Positions 57,323 through 64,000 of a DNA stretch of 64,000 bases are shown here, piece by piece. Under the pieces are notes generated by a model that was not told the DNA's origin, did not search any database, and saw only the letters and a list, made by a program, of their open reading frames with translations. This DNA comes from a bacterium. GTDB taxonomy: Bacteria; Omnitrophota; Gorgyraeia; Zapsychrales; Zapsychraceae. The first letter of the stretch is position 1; the number at the start of each line of letters is the position of its first letter. The position numbers and the translations under genes were made by a program. Where the stretch lies: contig JAUIER010000003.1 of the NCBI GenBank assembly GCA_030429765.1, positions 16,402 to 80,401 on the forward strand, written 5' to 3'.

Positions 57323-59326
57323 ATGGCTAAAGCAATTGTTATCGTAGAGTCTCCCACGAAGGTAAAGACCATCAATAAGATTTTAGGATCCAAATTCAAG
57401 GTTGTCTCATCTATGGGGCATCTAGTCGATTTACCTAAATCGACATTGGGTGTTGATATTGACAATGATTTTAAACCCAAACTGATCGTTGTCCGGTCGA
57501 AACAGAAGATGCTGACCAAGATCAAGAAAGACAGCAAGAGTGCTAAAGAAATTTATATCGCGACTGACCCGGATCGAGAGGGTGAGGCGATTGGATGGAA
57601 TCTCGTCGAGCATATCGGCGAGGGTAAAAAGGTTTATCGGGTGACGTTTCAGGAAATCACCAAGGACGCCGTGCTCAAGGCGTTTGACAATGTGCGTGAG
57701 TTTGACGCACAAAAAGTCGAGGCACAGATCGCGCGCCGGATTCTTGACCGGATTGTGGGTTACAAGATCAGTCCATTGTTGTGGAAGAAAGTGGGATCGC
57801 GTTTGAGTGCCGGACGCGTTCAATCCGTTGCGCTGCGGGTCATCGTTGAGCGTGAGCGCAGTATTCAGGCGTTCGTCCCCAAAGAATATTGGCATATCGC
57901 GGTGGATCTCAAGAAGAAGGAATACGATGATATCGTCGAGGCCACGCTTGAAAAGATCGATGACAAAAAGGCTGAACTCCATAATGAATCTGAAACCAAT
58001 GAAATCGTCAAGTATCTGGAGGGACAGGAGTACAAGGTCAGCAAGATCTCCAAACGGGAGGTGAAACGCAAACCGTCCCCGCCGCTGATCACCAGTACGA
58101 TGCAGCAGGAAGCGTTCAACAAACTGCGTTTTAATTCCAACCGGACGATGATGATCGCCCAGCAATTGTATGAAGGGATTGATTTGGGCAACGGCGAGAC
58201 CATCGGTTTGATTACCTACATGCGTACCGATTCGGTGAATCTCTCAGCCGAAGCGGTTGAAAAATGCCGGAACTTTATCAAAGAGAAATACGGTGATACG
58301 TACCTGCCGGACAAGCCGAATAAATATAAATCCAAAAAATCAGCCCAGGAGGCTCACGAGGCCATCCGACCTGGTGACGTCAAGCTCACGCCCGAAAGCA
58401 TCGCCAAGTATCTGGATAAGGATCAGTTCAAACTCTATCAATTGATCTACAACAAATTTATCAGTTGTCAGATGGTTCCGGCGGTGTATGAATACAAGAA
58501 GATGGAGATCGAAGCGGGCAAGTGTTCGTTCGGGGCATCCGGATCGACGCTGAAGTTCGACGGATATCTGACCGTGGACCGCGAAGCCAAAGAAGAAGAA
58601 AAGAAGATTGATTTTTCACACTTTGTCAAAAATGACGTGCTCGAAGCGATGGAGACCAAACCGACTCAGCATTTTACCAAACCGCCGCCGCGATTTTCGG
58701 ACGCGAGTCTGGTGAAGGCGCTGGAAGAGGACGGAATCGGCCGACCAAGTACTTATGCATCGATTATATCCACACTGGTTTTACGAAACTATATCGTTCG
58801 TGACCGGGGATATTTAACGCCGACCGAATTAGGCATGTTGATCTGCGATCTGCTCGTCGAGTATTTTTCCAAGGTCATGGATGTCGGGTTTACCGCGGAG
58901 ATGGAGGAGAAGCTTGACCTGATCGAAGAAGGTAAGTTGTCCTATCCGGATTTGCTGGCGAAGTTTTATGACAATTTTAAAGATGAACTCACATATGCCG
59001 AAGAGAACATTGTCAAAACCGAGAATTTTATCGACAGAGAATGTCCTGAATGCGGCAAGCAATTACAAATCAAGTGGGGCCGTCGTGGTAAGTTTATCAG
59101 TTGTTCAGGATTTCCGGACTGTAAGCATGCGGAGCCGTTCACACTCGGAGTTCCTTGTCCGGAAGAAGGCTGTGAGGGTGAATTGATCATGCGGCGTTCC
59201 CGACGGGGATCATTTTACGGATGTACCAATTATCCCAAGTGCACGTATGTCTCAAAAGAGCTGCCGGGGGAAGGCAAAGAAGAGGATTCAGATGAGTCAA
59301 AGGCGGACAAACCGTCCGCGTCATAG
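57323..59326 (+). CDS. topA: DNA topoisomerase I
   Basis: IVESPTK, ATDPDREGEAI, SAGRVQS, ITYMRTDS, AQEAHEAIRP, GIGRPSTYA, two C4 zinc ribbons. Confidence 0.98.
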   Translation: MAKAIVIVESPTKVKTINKILGSKFKVVSSMGHLVDLPKSTLGVDIDNDFKPKLIVVRSKQKMLTKIKKDSKSAKEIYIATDPDREGEAIGWNLVEHIGEGKKVYRVTFQEITKDAVLKAFDNVREFDAQKVEAQIARRILDRIVGYKISPLLWKKVGSRLSAGRVQSVALRVIVERERSIQAFVPKEYWHIAVDLKKKEYDDIVEATLEKIDDKKAELHNESETNEIVKYLEGQEYKVSKISKREVKRKPSPPLITSTMQQEAFNKLRFNSNRTMMIAQQLYEGIDLGNGETIGLITYMRTDSVNLSAEAVEKCRNFIKEKYGDTYLPDKPNKYKSKKSAQEAHEAIRPGDVKLTPESIAKYLDKDQFKLYQLIYNKFISCQMVPAVYEYKKMEIEAGKCSFGASGSTLKFDGYLTVDREAKEEEKKIDFSHFVKNDVLEAMETKPTQHFTKPPPRFSDASLVKALEEDGIGRPSTYASIISTLVLRNYIVRDRGYLTPTELGMLICDLLVEYFSKVMDVGFTAEMEEKLDLIEEGKLSYPDLLAKFYDNFKDELTYAEENIVKTENFIDRECPECGKQLQIKWGRRGKFISCSGFPDCKHAEPFTLGVPCPEEGCEGELIMRRSRRGSFYGCTNYPKCTYVSKELPGEGKEEDSDESKADKPSAS

Positions 59327-59357
59327 AGAGACGGCTTGGGTTCAGCGGTGACGGGAT

Positions 59358-60218
59358 ATGAATCGATATGTCGACAAGTTTATTTCGTACTTAACGACTG
59401 AAAAAAATTATTCGTCGCACACCATTGTCAATTATCGTCTTGATCTGGAGAATTTTTTGGATTATATCGGCAAGACACCGATCAAAAAAGTCGATTACCA
59501 GCTGTTGCGCCGATATCTCGCCCATTTGCGGACTCAAAATCTCAAGCCGCGTTCCCTTTCAAGAAAATTATCTTCACTGCGCAGCTTCTTTAAATATTTA
59601 TTTCGTGAAGGATATATAAAGGAAAGTCCGGCTGTACTGCTGATGTCTCCCAAACTGGATAAGCCGTTGCCGAAATTTTTAACGGAGTCAGAAATGACCG
59701 CTTTTATCGAAGCGCCCAAGGGGCGAGGAGAATACGCGAAACGGGATCGGGCGATTTTGGAAACGTTGTACTCAACCGGTATACGTGTCACCGAATTAAC
59801 AGGTCTGAATATGAGCGACGTCGATTTGATCGGAAACATCGCCAAGGTTTCGGGTAAGGGGAAGAAAGAACGCTTGGTGCCGATTGGTCGCAAGGCCACG
59901 GAGGCGATCAAGGACTATTTGGATTGCCGGGCGTCGACGCCGCAGGCTCTGTTTCTCAACAAGCACGGAACTCGCTTGTCAGACCGCTCGGTCCGCAATA
60001 TCACCACCAAATATATTCGGCGCACGAGCGTTAACCGGGAGATTTCACCGCATGTGTTGCGGCATTCATTTGCCACCCATTTACTCAATCGGGGAGCGGA
60101 CCTCCGTTCGGTGCAGGAGCTGTTGGGGCATGTTAACTTATCAACCACTCAAGTCTACACACATGTGACGACGGACAAGCTGAAAAAAGTTTATGATCAG
60201 GCCCATCCGCGGGCATAA
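59358..60218 (+). CDS. xerC: Tyrosine recombinase XerC
   Basis: RDRAILETLYSTGIRV, GKGKKER, HVLRHSFATHLL, LLGH...TTQVY; conserved dprA-topA-xerC context. Confidence 0.9.
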   Translation: MNRYVDKFISYLTTEKNYSSHTIVNYRLDLENFLDYIGKTPIKKVDYQLLRRYLAHLRTQNLKPRSLSRKLSSLRSFFKYLFREGYIKESPAVLLMSPKLDKPLPKFLTESEMTAFIEAPKGRGEYAKRDRAILETLYSTGIRVTELTGLNMSDVDLIGNIAKVSGKGKKERLVPIGRKATEAIKDYLDCRASTPQALFLNKHGTRLSDRSVRNITTKYIRRTSVNREISPHVLRHSFATHLLNRGADLRSVQELLGHVNLSTTQVYTHVTTDKLKKVYDQAHPRA

Positions 60219-60223
60219 TCAAT

Positions 60224-61486
60224 ATGAGCGTTCTTTTAAATATCGTCTACAGCATTGTATTTTTGTTCTACCTTCCAAATTTGTATTTGAAGGGCAAGCT
60301 GCACAGCGGTTACCGTATGCGGTTCGGATCGATTCCGGATGATATACGAAAGCGTTTGTCTGAGAGAACAAACATATGGATTCACGCGATCAGCGTGGGC
60401 GAAGTCATGGCCGTGCTGGATTTGATCGGCAAGATTCAGGAACGGTATCCGGATCGACAGATTGTCTGCTCGGTGGTGACCCAAACCGGATATGAGTTGG
60501 CCCGTGAAAAGCTCGGTGCAGATTCGATCGTAGTTTACGCGCCGATGGACTTCAGCTGGATTGTCAGGCATTTTATCAATGTGATCCAGCCGCAGATTTA
60601 TATTTATGCGGAGACCGAAATCTGGCCTAATCTGTTTGCCAGACTTCAGAAACGCAACGTTCCGATGATTCAGGTGAATGGACGTATCTCGGATAAGTCG
60701 TATGAAGGGTACCAACGCATCAAATTTTTGACACGCCGAGCGCTGAGCGATGTTCAATGTTTATGTATGCAGTCGCAACAGGATGCCGAACGGATCATCG
60801 ATCTCGGCGCGAACAGCGATCGTACGTTGACCGTTGGAAATCTGAAGTTTGACAACTTTCCTGAAACTGAAGATATCCGGCCCCAAGATTTGGGGTTTAG
60901 CTCTACGGACAAGCTGCTGATAGCCGGCAGCACGCATCCGGGCGAAGAAGAATTATTGGTGGATGTGTATCAACGCATTCGTCAACACGATGGTCATTGC
61001 CGGCTGGTGATTTGTCCACGCCATATTGAACGGGCGCAGCAGGTGCGGCAGGTTGTAGAAAAACTCGGACTGAGTGCGCAGATGTTCTCCGAACGGGACA
61101 AAGAGCCGTTGGCTGAAGGAGCGGTGTTGATCGTCGACACAATTGGTGTGTTGCGGCAAGTTTACAGTCTGGCCTGGTTGGTGGTGATCGGTAAGACTTT
61201 TCGTGTCGGTGGCGGACAGAATATGCTGGAGCCGGCGTTCTTCGGGAAGCCGGTTGTGGTCGGGCCCTTGACGTCGAATTTCCGTGATATCGTGGGGCTG
61301 CTCAAGTCCGAGAAGGCGATCGTTCAGGTGCAATCGGAGAGTGAACTTGTCGAGGAAGCGATGGATATTTGGAACAATGCCATCCGGCGTGAGTCATTGG
61401 GAATGGCGGCCCGTCGAGTGGTGCAGAAGTATCAGGGGGCGACCGCGCGTACGATGGATGAGATCGAGCGGCTGATGGCGCCATGA
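60224..61486 (+). CDS. waaA: Kdo transferase
   Basis: IWIHAISVGE, ETEIWPN, NGRIS, GNLKFD, AGSTHPGEE, PRHIER, GGQNMLEPA. Confidence 0.95.
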   Translation: MSVLLNIVYSIVFLFYLPNLYLKGKLHSGYRMRFGSIPDDIRKRLSERTNIWIHAISVGEVMAVLDLIGKIQERYPDRQIVCSVVTQTGYELAREKLGADSIVVYAPMDFSWIVRHFINVIQPQIYIYAETEIWPNLFARLQKRNVPMIQVNGRISDKSYEGYQRIKFLTRRALSDVQCLCMQSQQDAERIIDLGANSDRTLTVGNLKFDNFPETEDIRPQDLGFSSTDKLLIAGSTHPGEEELLVDVYQRIRQHDGHCRLVICPRHIERAQQVRQVVEKLGLSAQMFSERDKEPLAEGAVLIVDTIGVLRQVYSLAWLVVIGKTFRVGGGQNMLEPAFFGKPVVVGPLTSNFRDIVGLLKSEKAIVQVQSESELVEEAMDIWNNAIRRESLGMAARRVVQKYQGATARTMDEIERLMAP

Positions 61487-62541
61487 AAGAATATTTATAT
61501 GCGCTCGCTACGGATCAACGCAACGATTGGTTGGCGCAATGCGTCAAGGGCGTGATGTGGGTGCTTTCGTTGATGTATGGGGCGATTACGTGGAGTCGAA
61601 ACGCCCTTTATGATGTCGGCGTCTTAAAGGCATATTCAGCCGGTATTCCGGTGATCAGTGTCGGCAACATGACAATGGGAGGCGCGGGAAAATCGCCGCT
61701 GGTTGAATGTATCGTCCGACATATTATCAAGCAGGGACGTAAACCGGTCATCCTCATGCGCGGCTACATGCAGCGATCGGATGCGGTCATCAGTGATGAA
61801 CGGGAAGTCTTCGATGAGAAGTTTCCGCAAGTCGAGGTACTAGTCGGGGCGGACCGTAGATCAAATATTCAAAAGTTTCTTGCGGCCAACACATGTGACG
61901 TATTTGTGATGGATGACGGTTATCAGCATCGTCAAGTGCAACGCGACTTGAATATTGCGGTGGTGGATGCCACATGTCCTTTTGGTAATCGATCCCTGAT
62001 TCCCCGTGGAATTCTGCGGGAAGGGTTGGGAGCGCTGAAACGAGCCGATGTGATCGTGCTTTCGCGAGCGGATCTCGCCGGAGCACAAGCGGCCGCCGTC
62101 CGAGCTGAGGTGCAGTCGCGGAGCAAAGACGTCAAGATTTTAGAGGCCAGTCACCGTCCGTGCCACTTTGTGAACGTCGTGTCCGGCGAAACATATCCGC
62201 TGAATCATTTACAGGGAGCTCGCGCGATCGCCTTTTGCGGGATCGGAAATCCGTCCGCCTTCTTCAAGACGCTGGATCAGCTGAAGATTCAGATTGCACG
62301 GGCGGACACGTATATCGACCACTATGAGTACCGGCGAGAGGATATCGATCAACTATCGGGCCTGGCGACAGAACATCAGGTGGGGTGGGTCATCACGACC
62401 CAAAAGGATGCGGTCAAGCTCAAACAAATTGCTGAAGAAATTCCGGATGGTATTCATCTGGTTTATCTGGAAATCAACCTAGAGATTATCAATGGCCAAG
62501 AAGAGTTCATTGCTCGAATCGATCATTTATTACGGCGTTAA
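61483..62541 (+). CDS. lpxK: Tetraacyldisaccharide 4'-kinase
   Basis: SVGNMTMGGAGKSP, MRGY, MDDGYQH, PRGILRE, FCGIGNP, DH, TTQKDAVK. Confidence 0.96.
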   Translation: MKEYLYALATDQRNDWLAQCVKGVMWVLSLMYGAITWSRNALYDVGVLKAYSAGIPVISVGNMTMGGAGKSPLVECIVRHIIKQGRKPVILMRGYMQRSDAVISDEREVFDEKFPQVEVLVGADRRSNIQKFLAANTCDVFVMDDGYQHRQVQRDLNIAVVDATCPFGNRSLIPRGILREGLGALKRADVIVLSRADLAGAQAAAVRAEVQSRSKDVKILEASHRPCHFVNVVSGETYPLNHLQGARAIAFCGIGNPSAFFKTLDQLKIQIARADTYIDHYEYRREDIDQLSGLATEHQVGWVITTQKDAVKLKQIAEEIPDGIHLVYLEINLEIINGQEEFIARIDHLLRR

Positions 62542-64000
62542 GGTTTCAGGGGCGGTTGCCCGGGCGCTACCCGTGGAGTTTGCCTTGTGGTGCGGCCGCC
62601 GCGTCGGTGATTTTGTCTATATGATCGACATCAAACACAAGGCGATGACTTATGCCAATTTAAATAAGGCCTTTGCCGGTGAAAAAAGTCCCGGGGAAAT
62701 ACGGCAGATCGCCAAAGACGTCTTCAGGAATATTGGACAGAACATCGTCGAGCTCTACAGACTTCCGTTAATTGATCGAAAACTCTACGACACATACATT
62801 GATTTTCAGGGACGCGATAACATTGATGCGGCCCTGGAAAAAGGCAACGGATGTATTCTATTGGCGATGCATTTCGGAAGTTGGGAAATGGCAAACCTGT
62901 CGTGCGCCATGTACGGATACCCGTATAAAGTGTTGGTCCGCAAACAGCCCAAGTTTTCCCGGCTTGATGATTTGCTCAACCAATACCGGACGTGTAACGG
63001 ATCAATCGTGATCGCCCGAGGAGCCGGCACACGCGATTTGGTGAAAAGCCTGAAGAATAATGAAGTCGTCGGCATGGTGGTGGACCAGGGGGGCCGGGGC
63101 GGAGAACTTGTTCCGTTCTTCGGGCGGAACGCCTCGATGTCTGTCGGGGCGATACGCATGGCGCTCAAGTTTGACGTGCCGATCTGTTTTTCGGTCATCG
63201 TTCGGCAGAAAGGCCCGTACCATAAGATCGTTGTCCACAAACCGTTTGAGCTCAAACGGACAGGCGATCCCGAACGCGACGTATCAGAAAATCTGAGCCA
63301 GTTGATTGCCACCATGGAACAGTACACCCGGAATCATCCGACGGAATATGTTTGGATGTACAAGGTCTGGAAATATTCAGATCAGGCCAATATTTTAATC
63401 CTCAGCGACGGAAAGACCGGTCATTTGCGTCAGTCGGAAAAGACCGCGCAATTGCTCGAACAGGCATTGGCGGAGCGTGATATCAAATGCCGGACGGAGA
63501 CGGTCAATATCAAGTACCGGAACGACTCCAAGAAAAGGGCATTTGGTGTGTTTTACAAATTGATGGGGTGGAGCCTGGCTTACGGCGGAGTTCATCGGGT
63601 GCAGCCTTATCTCACCGATGAGTGTTATCGGCAGATCACGTCGATTCGGCCGGACTATATTATATCGACCGGTTCGTCGGTGGCGAGTTTGAATCACCTG
63701 CTCTCAAAAGATCATCAGGCCAAGTCGATCTGCATTCTCAAGCCGGGATTGCTGAGTACCCGTTTGTTCAACCTGGTGTTGATGCCCAAGCATGATGTGG
63801 TCTCCGAGGACACCCTGTCCAAGAATATTACAGTAATCCGCGGAGCGCCGAATTTGATCACCAAGGAATATCTCAAGACGCAGACCGATCTGCTGCTTAA
63901 GCGTTACTCGCATTTGAAGGATAAGTTTCGCACCAAGATCGGAATCTTGATCGGCGGGGACGCGCGCAATCTGTATATTAGTGAAGAACAGATTAAAATG
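62492..64000 (+). CDS. LpxL/HtrB-type lipid A acyltransferase fused to an ELM1/GtrOC1-like domain (3'-truncated; absent from ORF track)
   Basis: Manual translation from ATG 62492 (MAKKSSLLESIIYYG...) stays open to the window end: HFGSWE (62870), VVDQ, VPFFG, HPTEYVWMYKVWK, then ILILSDGKTGHLRQS, LVLMPKHD, IGILIGG. Confidence 0.88.
   Translation, partial: MAKKSSLLESIIYYGVKVSGAVARALPVEFALWCGRRVGDFVYMIDIKHKAMTYANLNKAFAGEKSPGEIRQIAKDVFRNIGQNIVELYRLPLIDRKLYDTYIDFQGRDNIDAALEKGNGCILLAMHFGSWEMANLSCAMYGYPYKVLVRKQPKFSRLDDLLNQYRTCNGSIVIARGAGTRDLVKSLKNNEVVGMVVDQGGRGGELVPFFGRNASMSVGAIRMALKFDVPICFSVIVRQKGPYHKIVVHKPFELKRTGDPERDVSENLSQLIATMEQYTRNHPTEYVWMYKVWKYSDQANILILSDGKTGHLRQSEKTAQLLEQALAERDIKCRTETVNIKYRNDSKKRAFGVFYKLMGWSLAYGGVHRVQPYLTDECYRQITSIRPDYIISTGSSVASLNHLLSKDHQAKSICILKPGLLSTRLFNLVLMPKHDVVSEDTLSKNITVIRGAPNLITKEYLKTQTDLLLKRYSHLKDKFRTKIGILIGGDARNLYISEEQIKM

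Noticed and set aside
59358-60218. Tyrosine recombinase as a prophage/ICE integrase
   Set aside because: XerC-type sequence in the conserved dprA-topA-xerC context, with no att repeats or mobile genes noticed nearby.

Overview
A 64-kb gene-dense chromosomal segment of a diderm (LPS-making) bacterium. The gene families and the architecture of the large secreted protein at 19.5-25.7 kb suggest Candidatus Omnitrophota (PVC superphylum); this is inference, not a computed classification. All confidently called genes except lpxB and a GnnA-like dehydrogenase are on the + strand. The left part (1-35 kb) is envelope/accessory: a 5'-truncated giant beta-barrel protein with a TPR tail, a 1.4-kaa TPR/coiled-coil protein, YyaL, AsmA, a PilZ-TM-coiled-coil protein, a GH161-type glucan phosphorylase, a 2077-aa secreted multi-domain protein, a complete moxR-DUF58-batABCDE operon and a Cys-rich protein. 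The right part is housekeeping: lipid A genes, rpsB-tsf-pyrH-frr, three tRNAs, a regulatory PTS, metK-ahcY-pfkA-ilvC-leuA-aroE-pilD and aroK-dprA-topA-xerC-waaA-lpxK. It ends with an LpxL/ELM1-GtrOC1 fusion that the ORF track missed. The standout is the 2077-aa protein. It is a Sec-type exported, cysteine-free polyprotein whose cytoplasm-type enzyme cargoes (two methyltransferase-like folds, two GNATs, a kinase-like fold and an unknown domain) are delimited by six copies of a D-x-A-M-[LM] motif, between framework-like N- and C-terminal domains. It is a candidate modular effector-delivery/processing system. No CRISPR array, rRNA, IS or prophage was seen.
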